Source of the DNA: Cycas panzhihuaensis | Taxonomy: Eukaryota > Plantae > Cycadophyta | DNA: 64,000 bases | Direction: 5' to 3' | Assembly (NCBI GenBank): GCA_023213395.1 | Contig: CM041465.1 | Coordinates: forward strand, 103,113,741-103,177,740 | Shown: positions 24,555 through 38,136 of the stretch, in pieces | Position numbering within the stretch: position 1 is the stretch's first letter | Layout: the number at the start of each line of letters is the position of its first letter | The notes under the pieces: model-generated | Seen by the model: the letters and a program-made list of their open reading frames with translations, nothing else | Database searches by the model: none | What the model was told of the DNA's origin: nothing | Program-made: the position numbers and the translations under genes

Positions 24555-27310
24555 TTGAAAGTACAAAGTTATCTTTGATAATGGTGAGTACATCGTTAAG
24601 GACAAGTTGAATATTAAGGTAATAGTTACTATGGGTCAAATGACTAGTGATATTGTTTAAGTTAGTTATACCCCCAAATGGATATTATGCCTTAAAAGCA
24701 TCAATTAATATTGATAATAAGACTTGGCATAAAAGATTTGGTCATGTGAACTATAATAACTTAGCATTGATGAAAAATATAAAAATGGTAGTTGGTCTAC
24801 CTAACATTGAACATGGCAGAGAAGCATTTGAGGGTTGTACACTAGGCAAATAATAAAGGGAAAAAACCCTTAATGAAAATTATAGGGCAAATAGGTATCT
24901 TCAACTATACCTTCACTTAGATGAGCTAAGTACTCCATAACTTGACAAGAATGACTTGGGTTTACTTTCTCAAGTTTAAATCATATGCACTTCAATGTTC
25001 TATTGATTTCAAAATAATAATTGAAAGGTAAAGTGATCATAAAATATTAACCTTTAGATCAGATAATAGGGGAGAATTCACTTTAAATAAATTCAAGGAT
25101 TGTTGCAGGTACTATAGGATAAGGAAATAACTTGTTAATCCTTACACCCCTTAATAAAATAGGATAGTAGAAAGGAAAAATAGGGTCATTATTGAGCTTA
25201 CTAGGATTATGCTTAAGGATAAGAATCTTGGTAATGAGTATTAGGTGGAAGCTATGCATATGGTTATTTATTTATTAAATAAAGGCAATAAAATAGGTCA
25301 CATATAAAGAAGCTTGGACAAATCATAAACCAAGCATAAAACACTTAAGAGTTTTTGGGCATATAGTCTATGCATATATTCGAAAATAGAAAAGGATAAA
25401 ATTAAATGATAAAATCACAAAGTATATATTTATAAGATATAATGATACATTAAGATCTTATAAATTATATAACCCTAAGAGTAAAAGAATCATCATAAGT
25501 ATGGTTATCATCTTTAATGAAGATGAATTCTATTAAGAGGAAGTTATTGAAAAAGATAAATACAAAAGCATTATAGTTGATGTAGAATCTTACTCAAATG
25601 GTACAAATGTACCTAATACAAGTAGAGAAAATCCATTCACTTCTAATCAAAAGGTTCCAAAATGGGTGCAAATGGTCATAACCCTCAAAATATTTTAGAC
25701 ATAAACTTTAAGAGAAGAATAATAAGATCTTAAAGGGTAAGTTTGTAGTAATGACTGAAGTCATGGAGTCAAATGAGGTTCAAAATTTTGAAGAGATAAA
25801 TAGCCAAGATAAATGGAAAGATGCATTGAAAAAATAATATAATATCTTAATGAATAATAACACTTGGTAGTTAGTTGATTTGTCATCAAAGAAGAATGTC
25901 ATTGGGATAAAATGGGTCTATAAGACTAGGTACAAGTTAGGGGGTTTCATATATAAGGCACAATTAGTTGTAGAGAGCTATGCTCAAGTTAAAGACATAG
26001 ACTATAATAAAATATTTGCACCAATTACAAGGTTGGAAACTATTAGATTAATTATGGCCTTAGTTGTATAATAGGGTTAGACAGTCCATTAGATGGATGT
26101 GAAGAGTGCCTTCTTAAATAGATATATTGATAAGAAATTATATGTCCAACAACTTAAGGGTTTTGAAATAAAGGAAAATAAAAACAATGTCTATAAACTC
26201 TAAAAGGCCTTGTATGGACTCAAATAGACACTTAGAGCATGGTACTATAGGATTGATAAATACTTAAAGGATAAAGGATTCTTAAGGAGCCAATCAAACC
26301 CCAACTTATACATAAAGTTGGAAGGAAGCTTATTGTTGATTGTAGGCTTATATGTAGATGACCTAGCATATACTAAGAATTATAACTACTTATCCCAAAT
26401 GTTTAAGGAAGATATATTCAAAGAGTTTGAAATAATATATTTAGGACTTATACATTATTTCTTAGGCATTGAGGTATTATAGGATGAAAAGGGAATATTT
26501 ATATCACAAAGGAAATATATATTGGATATATTATATAAATTTAACATGGCCAATTGTAAGCCACTTATAATATCAATAGAATTTGGGTTAAAATTACTTA
26601 AGTTTGAGGAGTTTGAATTAGTTGACCTTACAATTTATAAATAGTTGATCGGGAGTCTTGTCTACTTGACTTCAACTTGACCAGATATTATTTATATAGT
26701 TAGTGTGGTCTCTAAGTTTATGCATGAGCCTAAAGTAAACCATTAGTAGGTAGCCAAAAGGATTCTTAAGCATCTTATAGGATCTATTGGGTATGGTCTA
26801 TATTACAAGTCATTAAGATATTATAGGTTGATTAGTTATACTGACTTAGATTAGGCATGCTATTTAGATGATAGAAAGTCTATTTGATATTATACATTCA
26901 ATTTGGGTTCAATAATAGTACCATGGAGTTTAAAGAAATAAGCAATAATATCCCTTTCTACTGCAAAAGCAAAATGCAAGATAATTATAGTAGAAGCTTA
27001 TAAGAAAGTTTAATTTAGAAGATTACTTTAGGATTTACAAGAGGAATAGATTGGTCCAACACAATTATTTTGCAATAAATAAAGTACAATTCAGATGGTT
27101 AGGAATTTAATATTTCATGGCATGATAAAGTACAAAAAAACATAGTATCACTTCATTAGAGAACTAGTGTAACAAAGTGAGTTGGAGTTATTTTATTGTA
27201 GCACAGAGGATTAGGTGATAAACATCCACACAAAGACACTTGGAAAAATAAAATCCATCAAATTTAGAGATAAGTTTGGAGTCTTCCTAAATGGGCATTA
27301 TGGGGAGACA

Positions 27311-27616
27311 TATTGGGATAATATCCACATTGGGGCTATATCTTATATCTTGGAGGCAGCTCTCTTTTCTAACATTTGCCAACATTAGGTGATAGTAGAC
27401 CTTAACAAGTGTGCTAAACCTTCTCAGTCTTGCCTATTTATTCATAGGGTTCAAAGACCTTTGTGTTCATCAATACAACCCTCTTGTCTAGAATATTTTA
27501 TTTCCTTCTTACCTGTTGTATGCATGCATTTGCTCTCGGTCTTTGATTCCATTAATTATTATAATATTTTGGCATTAGAGAAGCCATAACATCCTCTTAA
27601 TATTTATCATCTAACA
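27311..27616 (+). repeat. Putative 3' LTR of copia A
   Basis: Starts TATTGGG (TG>TA) directly after the PPT, has a CTATTTA TATA-like box, ends CTAACA. The right boundary is not confirmed by a partner LTR. Confidence 0.55.
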
Positions 27617-27619
27617 ACT

Positions 27620-28240
27620 AGGTTCAATCATTCAATGAAGCCATCAAGACCAATCTCCAATAAACTATTACTCTAAACAAAAATGACTAGCACACATAAA
27701 TCTCTCTCTCTCTAGGGATATTGAAATACCATTGAGAAAATTATGAACTTCACCCCTTCTCCTAAATATATGGATGAGAAGTCATTCTATCCATTCAATT
27801 GGAAATTCTTTGTCTTTGCATAAGTATTAATAATCACCTATCAAATTTAAACAACTTGAAACTTGCCTAATTGAAATATAGCAACTTTACAAAGATAATA
27901 TATATATGTATTTCAAAATATTGAAGTATATTAAAAACAAGTTAAATACATCTTTGACCAAAAAGTCCACTCTCTCATATTCAATATAGAATACCTTATT
28001 CTTATCTTTGATAAAACCATATGAAAACTTAAACCCAACAAATTCAAAATGTGATGGAATGGTCCTTATATCATTATATAAATCCTTTAAAATAGTTCTT
28101 GTTAACTAGCATCTATGAACAACCATCTAATGGGGAACCCTATCAATAGTATTTATGTGTTTATATTCTTATCTAGATAACATAATCCAACCAAATGCTA
28201 TAGGGTAATACCCCAACATAGGTACCATCATCCCATTTTC
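27620..28240 (-). pseudogene. Possible ancient non-LTR RT fragment
   Basis: Minus-strand (Q>*)GSPL near 28128-28145 and IYLG near 27761-27771, in L1 RT order; otherwise unreadable. Confidence 0.3.
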
Positions 28241-29869
28241 TTTTTATATTCCATAAGAATGGTTTTTATTATTTATTTATTTATTATTATTATTATTATA
28301 CTACATATCTTTATAGGCATTTCATGTTTTTACAAGTTTTAAAGCATACACATCCTTTTTTTTTTTGAACTCTTTTAGCCCATCACTAAGGTTTTATCCA
28401 CTTTTTATGAGACCTCATCCTTTAGTGGGCATCCTCCACCATACTCATTCCTTTTTCCTCTTATCATCCTAATATGCCCTTAAGCATTGATATTATCACC
28501 ATTCAATGTATTTACTCATGATCACTAATACCATGCAATATACCTACGCTCCTTTAGTAAGCCACCTATCTATATTTCAACTTTTCATTCTTAATATTTA
28601 TATAGAAATAAGGCTTTTCTATCTTGCTACTTCTTTTCCACCATCATAGAATCCCCTTCAATCCTTTAACTATCTATGAGGGCTACTCAATGGATCCTAA
28701 TAGCTTAGATCTTAGATCCAAGTAATGATCCTTTGAAGCATCACTAAAGGACTCTTCATATATAATTAAGGATATAAAGGTAAGCACCATACATCTTTAG
28801 TAATTCAAATAGTCCCAAATTTTCTACAACCACATATTAGAACAAGGACGGGATATGATTATCTCTAGTTAAATATCAAGTTATAACTTGTGCATAACAT
28901 GGAGCATGCCCTACTTGTTGATCCATATCATCACCACTACTCATGTATTGTTTGATATGAGCTTTAATTATACCTTTCCTTCTCCCCTTCTTAGTAAAAA
29001 AGTAATGCTTGGTCACATTTATTAGATCCATTATCACTATTCACATTTGCACACTAACAATGTATATGACTAATGTATTATTTATAATAGTAATTAAAAC
29101 TTTGAATGAATCAAGTGGACAAAAGGATATACAATAGAAAGTTTAAGAGATCTAATTTGGATTTAAGCAACATAATTTAGCTTGGTGACCAAGAATAATG
29201 AATCAAATGAGGTGTGATAAGGAGAGCGAAAGGTATGGGCAACATTACTAAACTAGAACCAATTGAGATGACCTAATGTTGACACAAGTGGCTAGGTGGG
29301 TAGAATAGAATAAAGTGAGAATGAATCATGATTCAAAGAATTAAATGAGATTGTTGAAAAAAGAAAAGAGATGATGAGTGGAGCAAAAGAGGAGCAATTA
29401 AATTAAAATTTATTTCCCAAATGCATAAGGATAAATGTTTTGATCCTACTTACTATGAACCAAATGGATCATAAAATTATTACTAATAAGAAAGATGCAT
29501 AATGTAGATATAACCTATTTAAGAGGGGTTCTCTCCAAGTAATCCTTTTTAAAAAGGGGCCCCTTTAAGAAAATCATAGTGGTTAAAGGCTTAAAAATAT
29601 AAAATACATTATATTCCAATTATTCAATTATACGAGGCATCATTTCATCCTATTCATGTCCCCTTTGGCTCTAATTACACCCTTCCACTATTATTAAAAC
29701 CAATTTAGTATTACAATTAATAGTCATAACTAATTTATCCCTTTTAACCTTATAATTAACATTTGAAACCTATCTAACTTTTATTTATGTTCATAGTATA
29801 AAGAGATAGCAAAGATCATCCTCCACTAAGCACAACATAGGTAAACTTCAAGAAAGATCAATAATGCTA

Positions 29870-31100
29870 AAGTAGCAATTGCACAACTAAAATAGATTAG
29901 TAGTGAACCTTAAGCATCATCCTAGTATACACATAATCCTTACATGGCGCTTAACCAAATCTTCCCTAAGAACTTGTAAGACATGACCAATAATAACACT
30001 TACGAAAAAGAGATATAAGAATATTAATACACCAAAATATAAGATATATATGTGATCTTAGTGAGATATGGTTCATTAGTACATGAGAGAAACAAAGGAC
30101 ATGATAACAAAATTGACTTTTGATATTGATTTGATTGAAAAACTTATACTCCTAATAATTGAGAATAATTTCCCATACCAAAATGATTTAAGAGAGCACC
30201 TTAATCTCAACATCAAGGATGGAAATAAGACAAGCCATCTATTACATAATAGCCACTCAAGGACACTTATGGTGGGAGAAGAAACTAGTTTATTCAAATA
30301 TCAAAACCAACAGGATAAATCAAGTAATAAGTGTATGTTAGTCACATACTATAATAGGGTGGTATTCCAACTAAATTTACCAAGTAACAAGCATATCTAC
30401 ATATGGGCTAGAATAATCACTTTCTAGAATATATTCTTACATTCATATAGAAACTAATATATTAATCATGTTTTCATATGACCTATTATGAGTTGTAGTG
30501 AAGTCATGACAATAGATTGTTAAAATCCCTTTTTAAATAGAGTGGGATTTATAATTAACCAGTAAAGCATTGAATCCCCCTTTGATGAGGCGAAATTTAA
30601 AATAGCCTAACAAGATGGACCTTCCCTCCTTTAATAAGGAAAAATATATTATAGACTAACAAGATATCTAACTTATCTTTGATAGGATAACTCTAATAAA
30701 AGCCCTATAAGGGAATCCCATCAATGTTATTTTGTTAAGGATTTATTAAGATGGCTACTCCTACCACATTGATTTTATAAGATCACATTAGCAAGGTCAC
30801 TTTTAAAAGAAATGTTAAAGATGTATCTTCTGGAGATAATATGCATGCAGTAATGTTCATCCCCAAACTCTTCTTGTACAAAGAAAATCAAAGACCAAGT
30901 TTGGTGAAAAGGAATGTATGAGTTATTTTTAGAGCCAATATGTAATCCAAGTTATATACTTGGAGGAAAAAAGTTTAAAGGATGCATTATGCCAAAGTAG
31001 CATACAAATGAGAAGATGCACTATGATTATCAAATCTTTAAGTAATTAATACTATAGACTAGAGTATTAAATGGAAAACAATTATGAAGAGGATTACTTA
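29870..31100 (-). mobile_element. Possible ancient LTR-element remnant with repeated PPT-like units
   Basis: Several roughly 50-bp units with ATCCCCCT/TTCCCTCC tracts and CTAACAAGAT at about 30520-30690. No coding motifs resolved. Confidence 0.25.
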
Positions 31101-32419
31101 TAGGTTTCATACTTTTGTAGAAAGAAGTACTAAAGGTTGATTAGTTGAAGGCCAACATAAATACATAATACAGACTAATAGGAATCTTCACTTCGTATAA
31201 CTATGAAGCCAGATTTTATTATTTTTTATCACCTACACTATAATGAGTTATATGAAAGTCCTCAGTGCTAAATAGAAATGTAAAGTAGGCATAAAATTTG
31301 AAGGATTATGTACATGACATGCATATTAATTGGTCTATAGAAGTAAAATTCTTCTCATACTTTCATAGCATGGTTTTATCAAGGATGATACTTATACTAA
31401 GAAAAAAGTAAAACCCTAAAGAAATAATTAATATGCCCTAATTTCACTAATGCATTCTATAGATTTGAATAAACACATTGTATACAAATCTTGTCAACCA
31501 TAGCTTATACGAAATATCAAGCCATGGATGTAAGCATGATATAATAGATATCTAGAATTGTATAAGATATAGGATAATAGAATATTAATACGTAAGGTGT
31601 ATGGCATTATGTTCTATGTTTCTTATTCAAAGAGACTAGCATGAAAAGTTTATAACAAAGAGTCATACAATATGGTTGATATCACTATTTTCTTATCAAT
31701 TAATATAAGTAAGCATATTTTCAAATAAATAGTAAGCAAGGCAATCAATATCAAATCCATCTATGAAGTTATTACCACAATCAATCAAGACATATCTTAT
31801 AGTTTCCAATAGTCCAAATTCACTAAACTAGAAGAAAATGAATAAAAATAGAGACGTGAAACATTTTATTATTTCCTTAAGAAAATATAAATCTAAATAT
31901 AAGAAATATTATTTAGAATTGCTAGGCTAGTTTCAATTGTTGATTATGCAAAATAAAGTCTAAATAAATCAAAAGATGCAAGGCTCAAGTATGAAATATT
32001 CAATCCATTAGTTGAGCAGATTGAATTATAAAAACTAGAATCTTTTATTTCTAAATTAATTGAGGTACAAAAATGTGGTAGGGCAAGGTGGGATTTAATT
32101 GTATGTGATATAAGCATTTTATTTTTTAGGCATCAATATGCGTGGAACATTTCAACTTGTTGGAACAATCAACAAAAAAGATATGTATATTCTAATTTAC
32201 TACAAAAATCCCACAATTTCCTAAATGCAAAGACTTTTAAAAGGTTACGTACTTAACTTATTTCCATTCATGTTTAATTTTGAAGTGATGATTCCAAGAA
32301 ATCTCTCATTCTAATACAAGAGACGTTTGCAATTTATTCCATTGGTAGTTATTCAATTATGTCTAGCTTATAACCAATACCACTAAGCTTGATTGAAATT
32401 GCCCTTTGTGCAAAATTAT

Positions 32420-32861
32420 CAAGGATTCATAGGTAATTCTAATGTTGTTGTCGAAAGACGTGGATATGGTTTCCATCCAAAGGAAAAATGATGTAGGGCT
32501 TAAAGAAAATGATTGGATAGGGCCATAAAAAATGCAATAATTATATTATTCAACTAAGAATCATAGGAAGATGATATTACAAAATAGGTTTGAGAGTGAA
32601 AGCATTAGTTAATAAAATATAAGATATGGTCATAAAGACCCTATCTACAATTCTTCCCAAGTATCGATGTGGAAAGAATATTATTGATCTTAAGGTAGGT
32701 ACCAAACTCATCTATATCAACCTTACACGTTGCTCAAAATTAAAAGAAATGAGGTGAAAATTTAGGTGAAATATCATTCAAGATAGGATTTTGTAGTTCC
32801 AAGGAAAAGCCCATAGACGACAACAATTATAATGGAAAAGGAGAAGGGTGGTAGGTTTCAA
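32420..32861 (+). pseudogene. Gypsy protease-end/RT N-terminal fragment
   Basis: Frameshifted LPKYR..IIDLKVGTKLI..PY..KRNEV..GFVVPRKSP..IIMEKEKGGRF resembles the gypsy RT start (LPPxR..HxIxL..PY..PSxSP..VxKKDG). Confidence 0.6.
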
Positions 32862-33819
32862 CATAACCTCATACGTGTGCCTATTTAAATTAGAATATTT
32901 ATGTGATACATGCAAAATTAACTGTAACTTATTAATGCAACATCTTAACAATTACTAGTGGTAACATTCATAATGTCATCCAAATATCTTTCAAAGATCT
33001 TTTGGTCTTCTTTATGGGGCCTCCTCATTTTATACTAAATTCTTTATTTTACACAAATTTAACACCCTCTTCTACTTGACTTCTCTTGTCCATCTCTTAC
33101 TAATCACTATGCATTTGAATAGACATTTCTATAACTTAAATTCCATCCATTATCTTCATGTTGCAAGAAGGGTAGAAGCTAAGTTTAGAGTGGCTTTGAA
33201 AAACACCCTTGACATTATAAAAGAGTTCATAACATGCATGGAGAATGCATTTTAGATTTCTAGCCATGCCTAATGATAAGGAATAATTTATCACTATTGA
33301 ATATCTCTTTGATTATAAAAGCATGCATTAGGATTGAGCAAAATGTTTCATGTTTCCTTGTAAGGCAAACATTTGGATTATTTTCTTTTAAAGAAAATTA
33401 ATTATCACATGATTTCTAAATGGTACAACTTACTTTGGCTCGAAGAAGTGGTAGAGACTATGTAAGAACTCCTAGGGGAACTATTAATGCACCGTGAACC
33501 TCTTTTTAGAAAGGTTGTGAAAGCTTACATCCTTCAAGACTAAAGGGTTGTTCACTTAGCCTTAATTACAACCAATCAACAAGAATGGCATGCCACATGA
33601 AAGTGATTACAATAACCTCATTATTAGGTTTAAGACTTCATGGGAGAAGAATCACAAGACATCTTTAGCATTTGAATTAAAAAGAAAACGAGGCAAAGAT
33701 GTTAAGTCTCTTAACATAGACAACTTGGAGGACTCTTACAATCACAACTTGTAAAACCCTTCAAATTGTCACTTAAAAGAAAATACACTTCTTAGTCTAA
33801 TAAGTGATTAATAAATGTC

Positions 33820-34026
33820 TTCTTTATTATAGTTATAGGCTCTAATTCATGTTAAAAAATAAGTTTATCAATTAAGTTGCTACTAAATGTATTGCAATTT
33901 GTGTGCTCTTCATGTAAAAAACTAAGTTTTCTTTATTATAGTTATAGGCTCTAATTCATGTTAAAAAATAAGTTTATCAATTAAGTTGCTACTAAATGTA
34001 TTGCAATGTGTGCTCTTCATGTAAAA
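33820..34026. repeat. Near-perfect tandem duplication, period 109 bp
   Basis: TTCTTTATTATAGTTATAGGCTC...CTCTTCATGTAAAA occurs twice; partial third copy near 34124-34145. Confidence 0.95.
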
Positions 34027-34256
34027 GATTAGGTCAATAGATCTACTTGATATTTAGGCTCTTTAGCCTCTTGTATTGTATTGACTTTAATTTAATGACA
34101 TATATTTTACCTTAAAAAAAAAAAATTGCTACTAAATGTATTACAAATGTATAGTGATCTTGATTTTTGGGTTTATAAACCTTTACTATTACCAAGTTAC
34201 TCATTTAACAAATTATTAGACCCTAGACCTTTGTTTTTTTGTTTTTGTATTTTTGT

Positions 34257-34276
34257 TATATATATATATATATATA
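34257..34276. repeat. (TA)10 microsatellite
   Basis: Direct read. Confidence 0.9.
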
Positions 34277-35796
34277 AAGGTAAAAATAGATACCATTAAA
34301 TCAGAAAACCAAATGTAAAACAATTGGATGAAGTGCCCATTGAGTAATGAAGATCTACTCATCCACTCTTTTACATGCAACACACTAAAAATAATAATAT
34401 TTCGGAGAGGAGTAAAACAAGAGTTGTGGGACAATCAATCATAAGAGAATATCCTTCTTTATGTGGTGAAAGGTGTGGTTGAAGGGCATTATTTTTTCGA
34501 TTTTTGTTATATAATTAACTTATAAGGAAAAGAAGTGTGAAATCATGTTATATGGCATCATAATGTACTTTGATGTAATTATTTACAATGAAAAAATAAT
34601 GAGATCAATGAAACTTTGTTAGATTGAATGACACACACTCAACTATGGAAAGACACCATAATTGATTGTAATGGCTACATCCTTACCAACAAATGATGGT
34701 AAGATTGAACACTATAACTTGCAAGTGCAATGTGAGAAATGAGCATTAATTAAGTGAGCTGCCATGTAAGGTTATTAATGTGATTGGTGACTCATGTCTT
34801 CAAATCCCAAATACTACTTTGTAGTTGAATATGTAGCTCACTCATAGAGCTCCAAATGTCACACTTTTATCCAATATATCACTCAAGCTTTAGCGATTTA
34901 AAATGTTGATCTCTAATACATGTGACTTATCCCTAAATAATCAAGAATGTTACTATAGTCAAATCCTCATAGCCCAAATTATATAAAACAACTCTCTTGG
35001 GTTAAGGCACAACCCTAAGCTTGCTCCTAGAGAATGCATTATTATCAAACACCTGTATTTTCACTCAATATCATCGATGTTGATGGACCTCACACGCTAT
35101 AGAAAGATTGTAAATGGTTTGATGGATTCGCTTCCCTTCCCCGAACCACAGAAAAGAAAAGAGATTCTCCCACGTGAAGCACCGGAGATTTTAGGGTCAA
35201 CCATGGCTTTGAGAGCACCATGGGGTGGATGGCCCCATGAATCCTCTTTGTAAGAAACCCCATTTGCCGTCCATGGATTATCTCATTAACAAAAGAATTA
35301 ATATAATTTTGACAACAGTAAACATTGACGGAAACTGGTCCGAAGACAATTTGTCCAGAAGCACCAAACTCTTTTTCCATTAATCACATGAGCCCTAAAT
35401 CAGCGGTAATTACAATTATTAAAAACACTTTCTCCTGCGATAACTTCTCGTTCCCCAGCCACACGTCGTCAAAACCGACGGTCACATGGAAAGGCAAGAA
35501 GAAACCGTGTTGTTGACTTCTAAACGGGAACTTGCAGAGCCGGATCTTTGCTCTGTTTGCAGAGCTCTGGTTGACCTGCGCTCGCGGGGAACCAGCTTGA
35601 CCGGAGATTGCAGGCGCTAAGAAGACGAAACAATACAAAAGTATACGGCGCCAAATCGATCTCACCGCTGCTGAATGGCGTCCGCCTGAACAAGTCAACC
35701 AAAACCAATAGCACGGCTTATAAACAGATCGAATTTGGATCATCTCCCTCTATGATATATCAACATAAATCCCCGAAATGTATTAATTGAATTTAT

Positions 35797-36330
35797 TTAA
35801 TCTTCCTTTACCTGAAGAGATGGAGGAAAAATATTGAGCTTGGGAGACCTCGGAGGAAATTCAGGCAAACGATTACCCTGGTGATCGTAGATGATCACTC
35901 CGGAGAAATCAGGAGGTTGGCAGCGTTCGCCCATCAAAATGGTTCTCTGCCAGAGGAAGTCGCCGTCTTCCATAACCGCCCGATCGTAGGCCTTCAGTTC
36001 CTCGTCTTCGCTTCTGCCCCATTTCTTGGTAACCAGTAATTTCTTGCTGCTGATGCTGTTGATGAGGGCGCGGGGAGACTTGGGCGCAAATTTGAAATTA
36101 CACTGAAAATCACTGCCGCCGCTCCTGCGGGACGAATCCGCGGTCCATTCTTTGCTGCTGCTGCGGTTTGTCACTTCTTTACGACGACGGCGCGTAGCGC
36201 AGAGAGCGGTTACCACCGTCGCCACGGCGAGAACGCATGCGACCACCATCAGGAAACCGCCCGTGCCCGCTACCCGCTTCGTTGCCGCCGTTTCTCCCAG
36301 CGCTGCGAATCGAGCCCATGACCTCGCCAT
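35797..36330 (-). CDS. Uncharacterised plant-specific single-pass membrane protein, 177 aa, intronless (ALCA...WQRxILMGExCxPPDFSGxIxYD family)
   Basis: Intact ATG-TAA ORF, GC/CpG-rich. Hydrophobic helix FLMVVACVLAVATVVTALCA followed by RRRRK. C-terminal LWQRTILMGERCQPPDFSGVIIYDHQGNRL..PPRSP motif recalled from a conserved plant family of unknown function. TATA box upstream. Confidence 0.9.
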   Translation of the reverse strand: MARSWARFAALGETAATKRVAGTGGFLMVVACVLAVATVVTALCATRRRRKEVTNRSSSKEWTADSSRRSGGSDFQCNFKFAPKSPRALINSISSKKLLVTKKWGRSEDEELKAYDRAVMEDGDFLWQRTILMGERCQPPDFSGVIIYDHQGNRLPEFPPRSPKLNIFPPSLQVKED

Positions 36331-36465
36331 TAACGGAAATCCGGGCGGAAGATACGAGCAATACTGACCGAACGGAAAAGAAAAGCCGAAGCCTGCGGAG
36401 GTTCGAGAAGAAGAAAATCGTCTGGAGTCGGAAAGAATATGGAAAGAAACCTTTCTGTCGTTGTG

Positions 36466-36473
36466 TATATATA
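36466..36473 (-). promoter_or_regulatory. TATA box of the 177-aa gene
   Basis: CCTATATATACAC on minus, about 135 bp upstream of the ATG, followed by a CT-rich 5' UTR-like stretch. Confidence 0.75.
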
Positions 36474-36910
36474 GGCATGCGCACCTTGGTCGGTATTTAT
36501 GAAGCGTTTACCGTCAGACTGCCAATTTCGCACCAAATCTGATCAGACGAGCCTCTTTGGCGGAAGCGCAGACGTCCTATCTGCGAAATTAGTTGGGAAT
36601 GACCGACCAGGCACCGTTGACGTTATCCTTATCGTCGTAAATGGCCTTTAAGACAGGATTAATTTATCCACAAACCCTCGTAAAACGCCAACTCCGCCCG
36701 TAATTGTATGTATAAACGACGCGACCATGGTTTCGAATTGCTTATTTCGTAATAAATATTTGTTTATCGTTCCATTCCGACCTTCATAGTTTTCCCCGTC
36801 ACGCCCCAACGCGCATGCATCATACGTGTATGTGCGCTCGCAAGCAGTGGGCCAGGGGGATTCGAACACTTCACCGAAGTGCCCTGGCCAATCCACCCAG
36901 ACGTTCACTA
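36474..36910 (-). promoter_or_regulatory. CpG-rich proximal promoter
   Basis: High CpG density with several ACGT cores (GACGTC, TGACGT, TACGTG) and a CATGCAT RY-like motif. Confidence 0.6.
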
Positions 36911-37920
36911 TTTCGTAAGTTTTGTCTTTTACGGATGCATGGTCTCATACTTTCTTTTTTCAAAAAAAAGAAAAGGAAAATAAAAACTTTTGGTTTATCT
37001 AGTTGGATGGTCGGAATTGAAGACGGCCTTGCTTTTAGAATTTCAATGCAATTCATATTTATGCCCTTTGGCTATGCGTTGAAGTGGTTGAGGATGAAAT
37101 CTTCTAGGAGAGCATAACCATTGAGAAAAGTGATGATGTGGTTTGCATGGATACGCAACAACGATAGTGGACCTATCTTTTTTATCCTTCACTCCACTAG
37201 CTTGTGACTTTTAAGGTAGTTCAGTGGCTCTCCTATGCGGATCCTTGGAGAAGTTTACCATTGCAAGATTGTGACTATGTGCGCACGAGTTGTGCGTTGA
37301 ATGTACTGAGTGGTTTATGTTGTGGTAATCTTTGTATGACACGTTTGATATAGGAGGATAACAAAGATATACATCACTACATTCTAGTGGAGGGCCTCAA
37401 ATATCAAAATGTTTGGTTCACCAGCTTAAGTGATTGGTTATGCATTTATTTAGCCAATTTTGATGTGTCATGTTGCACCATTTAGTGCAGAAAACGTCAA
37501 TAATGCTCTCAACTCGTATAAAGTGGACAAGAAGGGGACTTCCAAAACATATTGATGTGACATTGTTTCAATAAGGGTGATCCTGACATAAATGGTAATT
37601 ATACTTTCATAACTTCAAATGCCTTATACACTAATATAAATACATGCATTAATAAATAACACTTAATCATCAATTTATATCTATGTACATGTATTTGTAT
37701 TATGAATATTAGGGAAAAAAAGATGATAAGAGTCTTTAAAATGACTAATTCAAAAACATACTATCATATCTTATTAAAAGATTTTAGTCAACTAAGTAAA
37801 TTAATGCATTTGTGAATATATTAAATTGTTTATCAAAGCATTGCTAGTGTTAACTAAAGTAGTGACCCTATAACAATCTTTATTTATGAAGGAGGGGCTT
37901 TGAAACCTTCAAACAAGGAA

Positions 37921-38101
37921 ACACACACACACTCACACACACACACATAGAAGCAAAAATGTATGTGTAGGTTATTTACCAACATTAGAAGGAAAAGTTG
38001 ATCAATAAGATAGAGGATATGAAATCCCATTTTATCTTCAAAATCCTTATCATTAGGAAAAAATCAGGGGAATTATTTGCCTTTAGTTAGATAGTGCACC
38101 C

Positions 38102-38133
<32 letters not shown>
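37921..38133. repeat. Two (CA)n microsatellites (37921-37948, 38104-38133)
   Basis: Direct read. Confidence 0.9.

Positions 38134-38136
<3 letters not shown>

Larger units (their letters stand above)
2870..27616 (+). mobile_element. Ty1/copia element A, oldest host of the left nest; interrupted by gypsy B and LINE E; matching 5' LTR not found
   Basis: Gag (KLDGTNFLNW) about 2905-3287 rejoins across B as QDLV|NQIRA at about 18129. Protease about 18815-19060 rejoins across E as KY|KVIFDNG. GAG-pre-integrase WHKRFGH about 24725, integrase 24900-25500, RT YVDD about 26350, RNase H to about 27290, then PPT-like TGGGGAGA at 27301. Confidence 0.85.

Noticed and set aside
30076-30427. 114-aa and 73-aa ORFs as host genes
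   Set aside because: AT-rich, motif-less and inside a probable decayed repeat.
36152-36542. Several ORFs overlapping the gene start and promoter
   Set aside because: Expected in GC-rich DNA; no motifs; the longer ones span the TATA box of the real gene.
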